A stretch of 64,000 nt of DNA from Hemiscyllium ocellatum (Eukaryota). The position numbers and the translations under genes are program-made. The notes below the pieces were generated by a model. That model worked only from the letters and a program-made list of their open reading frames with translations, was not told the DNA's origin and did no database searches. The stretch's first letter is position 1, and each line of letters opens with the position of its first letter. Where the stretch lies: assembly GCF_020745735.1 (NCBI RefSeq), contig NW_026867509.1, positions 1,302,001 through 1,366,000 of the forward strand, in the 5' to 3' direction. Shown one piece after another: positions 1-10,959 of this stretch.

Positions 1-285
1 CATTCAGCAAGCCCCTCCCCAGTGCCTAACTTGGGAGAGATATTTTTAACGGTTTCACAGAATGCTGCATAATCCCTTTATAAACCTTTCAGTATTTACA
101 CAATACATCATTTGACACTGATAACCACGCACCTCATCAATAATTTCACCAAAGGTTCCTGTGGAGAGCTATTCGAATCTTCTGTGCGTTTCAGCCCAAA
201 TCCGAGATTTAGTCTCCCTGTATGGTTCTGGGCTGCAGAGTTCACCGACCCGTCATACAAACCAGCAGCTCGAGGCGGGTGAAAC

Positions 286-328
286 ATGGAAATCTTTATT
301 ATTTTCATCCTCTATATCTGGCTACCCT
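286..328 (+). CDS. Leader exon of NAR-TCR V (MEIFIIFILYIWLP-C)
   Basis: ATG at 286, 14 hydrophobic codons plus 1 nt, phase-1 donor GTGAGT at 329; splices in frame to the acceptor (TTTCCAG) ending at 477. Confidence 0.85.
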
Positions 329-477
329 GTGAGTACTGATGAAATTAACTGACATTACTTTCAATCAATTAAATGTGGCCCATGACCATGCCTTTTGCTG
401 ACATAGACGTAGGTTAAAAACGTTTGTTGCTTTTCTTTGTCGAATTATTTTCTAAGTTCCCCTTGATTAATTTCCAG

Positions 478-762
478 GTGCTTTCAGTCCGTCCGTGACA
501 CAAACCCCGCCAGTGGTGACCAGGAAGGAATGTCAGTCTCTCAGCATCACCTGTGTTTATTACGGTCACAACTGGGGTCATTATTTCCAAGATGGATATT
601 TCCTCAAGCAAACCCATGGCAGATCAGAGCGGAGGCGGATATATAACGGAGGGAAATTTGTTGTACGGATGGTTAAAGAAGAAAATACTTTTTCACTGGA
701 GATTCAGGACGTAAGAATTGAAGACGCTGGCACATATTACTGTAAAGCACATTACGAGAAAA
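478..762 (+). CDS. NAR-TCR V segment (IgNAR-like V domain), open frame
   Basis: AFSPSVTQTPPVVTRKECQSLSITC...TFSLEIQDVRIEDAGTYYCKAHYEK. Canonical Cys at 552 and 741 are only 63 residues apart (short CDR2, as in VNAR). Extra FR1 Cys at 531. Followed by a 23-RSS. Confidence 0.85.
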
Positions 763-801
763 CACAGAGTGACGGCCGAATAAAAGTGCAATGCAAAAAC
801 T
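763..801 (+). promoter_or_regulatory. 23-RSS of NAR-TCR V
   Basis: CACAGAG (763-769), 23-bp spacer, GCAAAAACT (793-801). Confidence 0.85.
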
Positions 802-1127
802 ACCCACAGAGATTTTCACAAAAACAGATGAAAAAGTACAGTTGTTCTGTTGATAACAAAACACTTTCTTCTACCCTGCACCATCTGCCCCATGTTCTAA
901 TTTCTAATTCTACTGTTTTATTGCTAATAACGTCTGCAATTTGGAACAGCTGAGTTTTCACAGATGTTAATTTGTTTTATTGTGATTGGACTCAATGTGT
1001 GAATGTTGGGAAAGATGAACACAGTTTGGAGTCCAAAGCACAAATTAGGATTGAATGCTACGAACTGCAAAATTGAAAATCAGTCTCCACTTTTTAATTA
1101 TTTTCTCCATAAATCGAAAGTACCTGA

Positions 1128-1200
1128 GGTTTTAATGATGACTTGAAACACTGTGTACAAGTATTTGGAACCCACAGTGGATGAGAATTGAACAAATACC
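1128..1200 (+). other. D segment (1156-1172, TACAAGTATTTGGAACC) flanked by 12/12 RSSs
   Basis: GGTTTTAAT-12-CACTGTG (1128-1155) and CACAGTG-12-ACAAATACC (1173-1200); D is open in all three frames (YKYLE / TSIWN / QVFGT). Confidence 0.85.
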
Positions 1201-1520
1201 ACAGTGCAATTAAAGCATATTGTTTGCTCTCCCAATTGTATATTGGCTTCATTAGATTTGGTGACCTTGGTTAAAAAAGAATCCTCAAAATTTCCTTCTT
1301 CTATTATCTTTTTGTGGCAATTTTCTCCATTTTCATGAACTGTTCATCTGTCATGCTTGTTCCTGGGTCACCTTGCTAAGATCCCAGAGTAACATAAATT
1401 ACTGTTCGAATCAATAGAATGCAACAAATATGGAGTATTATTAAATAATCGAAATCATTTGAATAATTAGAGACAGAGAGGTTGTTTCGCAACATGTGGC
1501 TGTCAGAATAAGCTTCCAGT

Positions 1521-1611
1521 AGTTATTGTTCTGGGCTGACTAAGACAGTTGTCACTGTGTTGGAAATACGTACTGTGGATGGACCCGGGACCGTGGTGAC
1601 TGTCACAGCAG
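1521..1611 (+). other. NAR-TCR J segment (1560-1611) with 5' 23-RSS
   Basis: AGTTATTGT-23-CACTGTG (1521-1559); LEIRTVDGPGTVVTVTA; phase-1 donor GTAAGT at 1612. Confidence 0.9.
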
Positions 1612-1829
1612 GTAAGTGACTCGAACTGACATCTGTTACAAACTGTCTTAATTAATGCTCATACTCAGTTTATTTTTGAGACAAGTGACATTTCAATATG
1701 AGAAGTCAGAGAGGAAATCCAAGGTGCGGGTGAATTGTATCCCAGTCTGCAGTGGGAAATGAGGAAGAAAATCAAAGAGTAATAACGATAACTTGTACTT
1801 TCACTCTGGTCACAGAACAGGTACTAGAG

Positions 1830-2960
1830 GGCTAGAGGACACCTAGTGTCATGCCAAATTTTCAACGAATATGTTTTGGCTATATCAGGAAGTAGCAGAG
1901 TGTTGAGTGCCACAATGAAAAGTATTCTGAATGACAGAAATAGATTATACTCAGAGAGTCAAGTTTTTTTTTTCTGGAATAGCTAACATGGTTTTGACTG
2001 AGGCCGGTCATATCAAACAGGTTGACTGTTTTGAAGAGATGACAGGGAACGTAGAATTGTAAATTGCACTTGATGGAGTTGATATGGATTTCAGAAAATT
2101 GTTTGAAAGATTCCCACACTGGACACTGACAAGTAATGCGAAATGGACATGGCATCTGGAAAAGCTTCGCATTTTGTGTCAATATTGGCTGAATGCTGGG
2201 AGATTGCCGATGTGACTGGAGACTCGGTGTCCAATGGCATATCATGAGAAATCCAAAATGACTTGTGCTTCCGAATCCAGGATTCACTCAATGCAAACTC
2301 GTAGTTTGAGGCAGTAGTTAGGATGGCAAATGCAATAATGGTATTTATTTTAAGAGCACTTGAATAATAAAAATGCAGGGATGTACTCCAGAGGCACTGG
2401 TCTGACCACATTTGGAGTATTGTGTGCAGTTGTACATCCCATATCTCAGGACGGATGTAATGGGCCTCGAGTGTGCTCAGAGTAGGTTTACGATACTATT
2501 CCTAGGAATGAAACGTTTAACATTTGAGGAATATTTGAAGACTCTGGGTTGATACTCGATTGAGTTTAGAGTGATGAACAGAGGCCTAATTAAAACATAC
2601 AAAGGACTGATTGACCTGAACAGGCTTAATGTTGGGAAGATGTTTCCATTGTTTGGAGAGACGAGGACACGAGGACATAGCTTTAGAGTAAAGGGAATTG
2701 CTTTTGGAAATGAGGTAAGGAAAACGTTCTTTAGCCAGATAGTGTTGAATCTATGCAATGCATTGCCATGGAATGCTGTGGAGGACAGGTTATTGGGAAT
2801 ACTTAATAGTGAGTTAAATAGGTTGCTGAGTATAAAGAAGATAAATAATTATGTGAAGAGAGCGGGAGAATGGGATTCAGAAACTTACCAGGAATGAATG
2901 ATTGGCTGGACAGATTCAATGTGCTGAATACCCTAATTTCTGCTCCAATGTCTTATGGTA
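1830..2960 (+). mobile_element. CR1-type LINE 3' fragment (RT C-terminus), decayed
   Basis: ORF 2571-2897 KMFPLFGETRTRGHSFRVKG...FFSQIVLNLCNALPW matches the CR1 ORF2 C-terminal pattern; stops and frameshifts upstream. Confidence 0.75.
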
Positions 2961-3183
2961 TTATGGTCTTTTGGATCAGTTCTGAGTGCCAAACAGTGAA
3001 GCAGAAGGACTTAAGTTTCAGGAAGTTATAAACAATTTGGTCACATTGGCAAGTCAGTGGCAAATCGATACTAAACCATAAAATGCCCTTGAGGGAAAAT
3101 TATCTGCTGCCCTTACCTGCTCTACACAACCTGTAACTCCAGAATCACAGCAATGAGACTGAACTGCATTCTGAGGAATGTGG

Positions 3184-3352
3184 NNNNNNNNNNNNNNNNN
3201 NNNNNNNNNNNNNNNNNNNNNNNNNNNNNNNNNNNNNNNNNNNNNNNNNNNNNNNNNNNNNNNNNNNNNNNNNNNNNNNNNNNNNNNNNNNNNNNNNNNN
3301 NNNNNNNNNNNNNNNNNNNNNNNNNNNNNNNNNNNNNNNNNNNNNNNNNNNN
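3184..3352. other. Assembly gap
   Basis: Run of N. Confidence 1.
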
Positions 3353-4473
3353 GGAACTTGATGAACTTTGGAAGAGGTTACAAGATAAGGCATTCTTTAT
3401 GGACTGCTGGCACGAGTGACATGAGGGAAGTATCTGGGGATGCTTGTCCAGATGTCCCTAAGGCAAAGATTAGTTAAAATGTATTTTTCATAAAGAACAA
3501 ATGGCAATTGCTTTTATTCGTCGTGGCGTAGTTTATAAAAGCAGAGAAGTTATAGTGGAGCTGCACAAGAATTTGTTTCATACACACATACAACATTCTC
3601 ATGCAGAGATGTAACACATGCATGTCGTGTCAAATGACATTCATGTGTACTGTGCTCGGTCTATTTGTTATTCTATTCGACCTCGGTCAGATTGGAACAA
3701 GCCACACTCAATTGAATCTTTCTGTGGACTGTGGTTAGTGGATGCATGGGAGAACTACTAACTGCAAGTTCAAACACCAGCCTGACTTACAAATATGATT
3801 CCTTCTTTTATTGTCGATCGGTCATATCCTGAAAATCACTCCTTAACTGCATTTTGATTGTACTTGCAATCATTAGATGCAAAAGTTAGAGAGGCACCTC
3901 ACGACCACCTACAAATGCGTTATTAGGAACGGGCAATGAGCTCTGATTTGGACAGCAGAGTTCCAGATCTCAAACACAAAGACATATTGCGGGTTTTCTC
4001 TCAGTCAACTACTTTTGAAAGTAATTGTTTCAGTGAAAAGGAGAATTAACTCTTAAAATATTTTTGATATGCGTGTTTGCTCAGTTTCAATTGAACTCAA
4101 GGAATTAAAAAAAAGCAGAATCTCATTATACTTCCAATCTTATTCCTGCAGATTCTTACAAGTTACTTTCAAATTGTGAACAGTCCTAGGTCATTTCCTC
4201 GTGTACTTGGAATTATTCAATCCTTCATTTTTTTTCTCCTAATTCCCGTTTGAGTGTTACTCTTGAGTCATTCTGTCATGTACTCCTGAGTGGAACAACT
4301 TGCGTTCTATTTTCCAAAAATCTCGATATCTCCCCGCTGTTTTAGTTTGATTTTAATTATACTATTGATCTTACTGCAAAAGAAAAAAAATGCTTTAATA
4401 GCAGAGCTATGCTCACCAATGAGACGTTTTCTTGATAATGGTAATGAAACAAACTTCTCATTTAATTCCATAG

Positions 4474-4783
4474 ATTCCAGTTCTCTGGTGTCTCACAGTC
4501 CACCTTTACAAACCTCCACAGCTGGCGAAACTGTTACTTTAAGCTGGGAATATTCAGGGTTCTGTCATTACACAGTATATTGGTACAGTCAGTCAACTGG
4601 TCAAGCTCTGAAACACCTGCTTCAGAGACACACTTCAGAAGAGGAGAATCAAAATGATGTTGCAGGGGGAAAACTGTCCGCTTCCATCAATTCTGCAACA
4701 AAAATCGTTCAACTAAAGATCTCTAAAATGCAACTGGGGGACTCCGCCGTGTATGACTGTGCACTGAGTCGGCGCTCAGCACG
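4474..4783 (+). CDS. NAR-TCR supporting V-delta (no leader seen), open frame but Cys23 replaced by Trp
   Basis: Acceptor TAG 4471-4473, in phase with the J donor (G+AT = Asp). DSSSLVSHSPPLQTSTAGETVTLSWEYSGFCHYTVYWY...LKISKMQLGDSAVYDCALSRRSAR. CDR1 Cys at 4563, Trp41 at 4581, Cys104 at 4758; no leader exon recognised immediately upstream. Confidence 0.8.
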
Positions 4784-5062
4784 CACAGTGAAACAAAGGA
4801 CGGAGCGAGCTGTACAAAATCTTATCACGGTAGGATTACAGACACAGTGATACAGAGACAGAAAGAGTTGTGCAAAAACCTGAACAGGATGAGGATCACA
4901 GACACAAAAATGCATAGTAGTGAGAGAACTGTATCAAAAGCTGAATAGGGAGAAGATTACAGACACAGTGATGCAGAGGAACGAAAGAGCTGTACAAAAA
5001 CCCGAACATGTTGTGGTTACGTAGGCATTGATGAAAAGCACGGATAAAGCTGAACAAACTGA
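4784..5062 (+). repeat. ~60-bp tandem array of five 23-RSS-like units
   Basis: Heptamer positions 4784, 4843, 4903, 4964, 5024. Unit 1 CACAGTG-23-ACAAAATCT; unit 2 CACAGTG-22-GCAAAAACC; unit 4 perfect CACAGTG-23-ACAAAAACC; units 3 and 5 degenerate. Confidence 0.9.
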
Positions 5063-5800
5063 ATCTACAGGTTATTTTTACATTGTGAATTTGCTTCTTC
5101 CCATTTTATAGAAAAAACCTCTTTATTTCTGGATTCATTCTGTATTCGTGATTATCAGGCTTCCAAATACCAGATAATCGTGTGACATGATTCAGTCTGA
5201 AAAATTGACTTTTAATTTTTACCTGGGTGTTTGTAGATTCAACCATATCTTTCAAACTGCAATTTAACGAATGATGAAAATGGCTAAGTACGTAAATATA
5301 TGAGGGAGCAGCAAAGCACCAGATGTAATTAGATTGTACGTTGCTGGAGTGGGAACATGCATGAATAAAATTCCTCCATGCTGTTCATTCTAAGATTAGA
5401 AATTTATTTTTCTATTTTCCTTGTAAAAAAGAAAAGCCTAAAAAAAAACTCGAAGACCAATAAGACAACAACTTCCCAAACTTATAATTGTACAAGTAAC
5501 CTATTTGTTTTCCGTCACTGCACATAGGAAAATACAGTAGAAAGCACAAGTTTAGTGACACCGATCATCACTCCTGAAACATAAAGCTTCTCTGTGAATT
5601 GAACACATCACAAGAGCTTCTGCTTGTTTTGCATTCCATTTCACAGCTTCCGTGCAGCAAAAGGTACGAATTTTTTTTTTTTTGGTTTTACATTTGCTCC
5701 AAGTTTCACATGAAATTTCATATTCTGCCTAAACCTACGTCATAGAATTTGTGGTTTGAGCAGCGTGAGAACATGTCTTTAAGGCTCTGAACCGTTCGTA

Positions 5801-5828
5801 GTTTTCCGTTTGTACAGATTCCACTGTG
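5801..5828 (+). promoter_or_regulatory. Orphan 12-RSS-like motif in D/J polarity
   Basis: GTTTTCCGT-12-CACTGTG; a similar block lies at 32724-32840. Confidence 0.35.
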
Positions 5829-7720
5829 GTATTACTGTTGCTCACTTCACTGAGAAGTGTCTCTTCTGCATCTCTGAAAATTTCAATTGCCAATAACCCA
5901 TTGGCTGATTCTCTCCCCTGTTGACTGAGCGTACTTGTGTCCGAATTTTGCATTAAAATCTATCTGTCAATTTGGGACAGTTTATTTCATCCATCACTAG
6001 GATGCATATATTTCTTCCCCACTCGAACGCATCAAGATATATCTATACAGTAAATTATTGCCTTTGGGGTCCTGTGCCTCCTACTCTTTTCTTTGTCTTT
6101 CATTTTGTCTTCTCCACTCATGCCGAATTTCAACGAGATTCACGTGTTCATGCATTTCCGCTTTTATTAATTTGAAAGCATGAATTGTACCTTTAAGAAC
6201 GAGTGAATGTTGTACTGACTTGAGAACTTACAATTACCTGTGTGTATGCCAACCAGCTGACTGAGCGTGTCCTGGAAAATTGAAAATATGGAACATTTTA
6301 CTGAGAAATAGACACCTGAGTTAATTGCTGTTTTGACAACAATTCGAATTTATCCAACCTGTTTAAATTGTTCCCCAGAACATTAAACCCGAACCGCGTT
6401 TGAATTTACTATTTTTCCAACATCTAAACAATAAAATGGTCCGTTGTAGAAGATTTGAAAAGGCAGACATTTGAAAATCAGTTACAGCAACTGCCATCAA
6501 CACAGATACAAGAAATTTGGATACACTCACTGTGAAAAGTACCTTTTCATATGAAACATTTTCGCAGTAAAAAGAGCAAGAAGACGACCTGAGCCAGAAG
6601 AAGATAGACAAAGAAGAGGACAGCCGCTGAGTGATTTTGAAATCAAGTTTAAGTAATTTTCATGAGATTCTTATTGGAACAGCAAACTGTCATGTACTTG
6701 GAGGCTGGTAATTACCAGTTAAGTGAAAGGGGTGCTTAGAGTTGTGAAAATTTATAGTTAAATATTTACTTTTAGAGTTAAAGAATACATTCAGTTTATT
6801 TTCTTTAATTTGTGGAATTTGGTGGCTATCTGTCACTCACATTTTAACAGGTTATGAGACGAGCTGAGCTTTTCTTGGGTGTTTGCTTTAATAAACGGAA
6901 GGTTTCAATGCCGTAACCTAACACTGTGTAGAAATGTTCTTCAGTGTAAGCTCTGTTCAGCGAGTGGTTCCTAGTTGTTCTGGACCTAATCTCAAAAGTA
7001 CATCCACCCGCTCATAATTTACATTATGTCTTGGGTCCATGTTTCCATTAAAAAAAAGACCCAGCCAGCTGAATCATTCCAGATTGGTGCAAGTCACAGC
7101 TGATGACCTTTCCCTCAGGCAGTTAAAAATTCAATTAATTTTATATGAACATAAGAACCACGAACATTCGAGATTAAAGTTTCGAGCGTTTTCAAATATA
7201 CAGTAGGATCATAGATGATCATTCACCGTCATACAATCATCCCTATATGTAAAGAAAAACAAATGATTCAGTTATTGTGAAAAACAGATTGTCAAACTAC
7301 CAAGCATCCACGGCCTCTACCCTGAAGTACCACTTCACAATTGAATCTGATTCAATTCAATCAACTCTCAATTTTTCATACTTGTTCAAGACTGGAAACG
7401 CCTATAAGATATGGCAGTCCGTTTTCTCAAAGATTAGCAGTCTGTACATTGCGTGCACCGAGAAGTTTTCATTTTCGGTGCAAGGGTGAATTCACTGGAA
7501 AACAATTGTATAAACATCCGTAATTGGAAGTACTGTCAGGAACAATATGTCAAGATTGGCCACTGATTGCCAGCAACAGCACGTTTCCTACTTGAATCGC
7601 ATTGTGTCATGTTCTGTTTATACCAAACTTATGCTTTGTTGAAGTCAGATATTTTATAATTTACCTGTTCAATGAAGGTATGAGTGGAACCCAAGTTTCC
7701 TGAGGTAGGGAAGCAAGTGT

Positions 7721-8353
7721 NNNNNNNNNNNNNNNNNNNNNNNNNNNNNNNNNNNNNNNNNNNNNNNNNNNNNNNNNNNNNNNNNNNNNNNNNNNNNNNN
7801 NNNNNNNNNNNNNNNNNNNNNNNNNNNNNNNNNNNNNNNNNNNNNNNNNNNNNNNNNNNNNNNNNNNNNNNNNNNNNNNNNNNNNNNNNNNNNNNNNNNN
7901 NNNNNNNNNNNNNNNNNNNNNNNNNNNNNNNNNNNNNNNNNNNNNNNNNNNNNNNNNNNNNNNNNNNNNNNNNNNNNNNNNNNNNNNNNNNNNNNNNNNN
8001 NNNNNNNNNNNNNNNNNNNNNNNNNNNNNNNNNNNNNNNNNNNNNNNNNNNNNNNNNNNNNNNNNNNNNNNNNNNNNNNNNNNNNNNNNNNNNNNNNNNN
8101 NNNNNNNNNNNNNNNNNNNNNNNNNNNNNNNNNNNNNNNNNNNNNNNNNNNNNNNNNNNNNNNNNNNNNNNNNNNNNNNNNNNNNNNNNNNNNNNNNNNN
8201 NNNNNNNNNNNNNNNNNNNNNNNNNNNNNNNNNNNNNNNNNNNNNNNNNNNNNNNNNNNNNNNNNNNNNNNNNNNNNNNNNNNNNNNNNNNNNNNNNNNN
8301 NNNNNNNNNNNNNNNNNNNNNNNNNNNNNNNNNNNNNNNNNNNNNNNNNNNNN
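7721..8353. other. Assembly gap
   Basis: Run of N. Confidence 1.
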
Positions 8354-9804
8354 CCATGGTATAGGTTGAATCATGGAATTCTTTCAGAAAAGTAATAATG
8401 TATTAATGAAGTGAAAAAGTTAAGCGTGCCCAATTCCCTGATGGCAGCTTGCGCTCGGGGTTTGATGTTGATAACATTTGTTCAGAAATCCAGGCCTGCT
8501 CGGCCTCTGTCCAAATGGAAAACTGCAATCGAAGATCTTATTGTTAAAACTTTTCAATGCAACTTTCGATAAGCTTGCGGTGGTACTGACGACAATAGAA
8601 AGAGATAATGGACATTAATTTGAAAATCTGCACAATGATGGGGTTTCGTGTCACTTTTTAGCTGTGGCTGCTGACCAGAATTTGTTCCAAAATAAAACAA
8701 ATTTATACTTTTCTACATAATATTATGCTTCCAGCCAGTAGCAAATTCTGTCGTGTATTTGAAATGGAAGGAGTGATACCTTTTGCAAATGATGCCCATC
8801 ATTCGATTTGGTCTTCCCCAGATGATGTGGACTCTGCATTCAGCAGGCAAGTCGGAGGTGTTGCATCACAAATATGAATTGTTGATTGAAGCTCATGGGC
8901 AGGCTTTGGGGTTTTGTACAGTCATTAATTCTGTTATTCGCCGCGCTCTCTGTTGCAGATTTAACTTCCTGTCGTGTAAACTATCTCTTTCATCTACATT
9001 ATTAATATTTCTCGTCAAGTTCAAATTCAGTCATTTGATACTACCAGCATTTTGATAGTTGGGGTGTTCAGCAATGCTAATGATAAAAAAAGGATGTTGA
9101 ATGGTTTGTCAGTTGTTGCAGATTTGCACTGTCGTGCATGTGTGTGACACGAATGTTACTTGCCATTCAAAAGAGCTGATTAGAAAATACGAATATGCAA
9201 AGATTGTTAGAATTAGTCTGTTGTTAAAACTCAAGATAAATGCAATCAAATCAACTGCCTCTTCTGTGATTTCTGAAAGTGATGGAAGGCATCGTGAACA
9301 GTACCATCAACAGTCATCTCTCCAAGTAATCAGCCCGACGATCCTCTGGGATTGTGATGACTTCACCTTTCCCTCTGTTTCAGTCCACACCCCCTGAGTA
9401 GAATCTTTCTATCTGTCTAAGTCTAAGCACTCATACAGCTATATCAGTTACCATCAGGTGATATTAGATTTGACGCCAGTATTATTTTAAGTTTTTTTCA
9501 AGTCTACTTGTAGTTTACTTGAAGAATATATGTCAGCTGACGTGTAAATGTTGTTCTTTTCAAATACACAAGCTGCCCTCTGTATGTCAGCGTCGACATT
9601 TGCCCTGTAACCATTATCTGAATCGTCTTATGAGAATTATATTAAAGGTGCTACATAAATGTAAGTTGGCATTTTTATTGGTGAGATGGAGTTGTCACCG
9701 AAGTTACAAAAATAATGCTCTTGCTTCCTTTCAGAAGTGATGCCAACATGTCAAACCTTACACAATTATGTGTCTGGTTAGTCGTGTCGTTTTTCTTTGT
9801 CCCT

Positions 9805-10700
9805 TTATGTAAATATTACGGTGATCATGATCTTCACCGCAGGAAGATGTGGTCTCTCTGGATGCATCACTCGATATCTGGTGTCTATGGCAGTGACGGA
9901 TCTCTTGATAGTTATCAGTGCTGTGATCTTCAATTGGATTACTGGCATTTATTTCCTAGTTAGTTTTATGTCTATTACTCCAGTATTTACAGCCAGCATT
10001 CTGACCATCTCTGCAGCTGTAGAAAGTTCTGCCTGGTTAACAGTTGCTCTCGCCTTTGAGTGATTCCTCACCAGTTGGAATCAGAAAACACAACATTACA
10101 CAGAGAAAACAGTGGCTGTCGTCAGAGGAATAGTCGATTTCTTGAGTTGTTTAAAAAGTTATCCTCTGGTAGATTATGTAAGAACCATTCTATTATAATT
10201 TACACCATGTCATGGTTTTGTAACATAAAATCAAAATTCTCTACTTAATTGGCATGGACAACCTATGATGGCTTTGCACAGTTCAACCTTTTCTCCTCAT
10301 ATTACTGCTCAATGCACTGACTGTCAAATACATTCTCGCAGCCAATCGAGCCCGAAGGCCACTACGAGCAAGCATGAGCAGTGGAGAAAATCCCAGTTAT
10401 CCTGAGGTGGAGAGCTGGCGAAAGTCCATTGTTTTACTCTTCACCATCTCAGGAAGCTTCATCCTGTTGTGGATGACATATGTGGTGGATTTTCTCTCTG
10501 TGAAAATTATGACCAAACCTTATTTCTCAGGTTCCAATTTCAATGATTCAATATCCATTCAGCAAGAAAGTAGAAGCATACTTCAATTCCATCGCTGTTG
10601 CACCAACCCATGTATTTATGCTGAGACACAGATAAATTCAGAATATAGTTGAAGAATGCAGCAAAGAATCTTTGGAAAATATTTGTCACGTTAATAAACT
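9805..10700 (+). pseudogene. GPR139-like GPCR pseudogene (main exon)
   Basis: GRCGLSGCITRYLVSMAVTDLL, SSAWLTVALAFE* (stop at the DRF arginine), WRKSIVLLFTISGSFILLW and NPCIY align with the two intact paralogs; frameshifts; acceptor AG not seen; exon 1 not found. Confidence 0.85.
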
Positions 10701-10959
10701 AGGAAAGGTGTGGGAAATCCAATCAATTACCGAATTGTACATTTTTGTCATTGCAATATTTACCGTAGTGATATAAGGCCAAAGATCCTCAGAAGTTGAG
10801 GAAAACGAGTGCGACATAACATTATTTTTCACTTTTGTGGCAGAAAATCAAAGTTGTAATAGATGGGAAAAAGCGCACCAATTTTGTGATTGAAAGTTTG
10901 TGCAATAATCTCTTCAATTCCGTCTCAATCGCCCCTTTTAGGTACTCTCTTAATAGTGT

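Noticed and set aside
805-864. RSS-like motifs after the NAR V RSS (CACAGAG-6-ACAAAAACA; TACAGTT-12-ACAAAACAC)
   Set aside because: The first has an invalid spacer and the second lacks the essential CAC; may be chance in A-rich sequence.
993-1047. Possible extra D (CAATGTG...CACAGTT)
   Set aside because: Both nonamers are poor and off-spacing; cannot be supported as a D segment.
1790-1826. Second J-like end (FTLVTE-Q|GTAC)
   Set aside because: No GXG motif and no RSS.
4784-5062. CRISPR-like reading of the repeat-spacer array
   Set aside because: Eukaryotic locus with no cas genes; the units are RSS heptamer-spacer-nonamer motifs.
5700-5850. Plus-strand V remnant (LWFEQR...TDSTV-YYC)
   Set aside because: Only ~140 bp, needs a frameshift, has no RSS, and the paralogous block at 32740 does not keep YYC.
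7629-8374. Long ORFs in the ORF track
   Set aside because: Artefacts of N runs (likewise 3145-3477).
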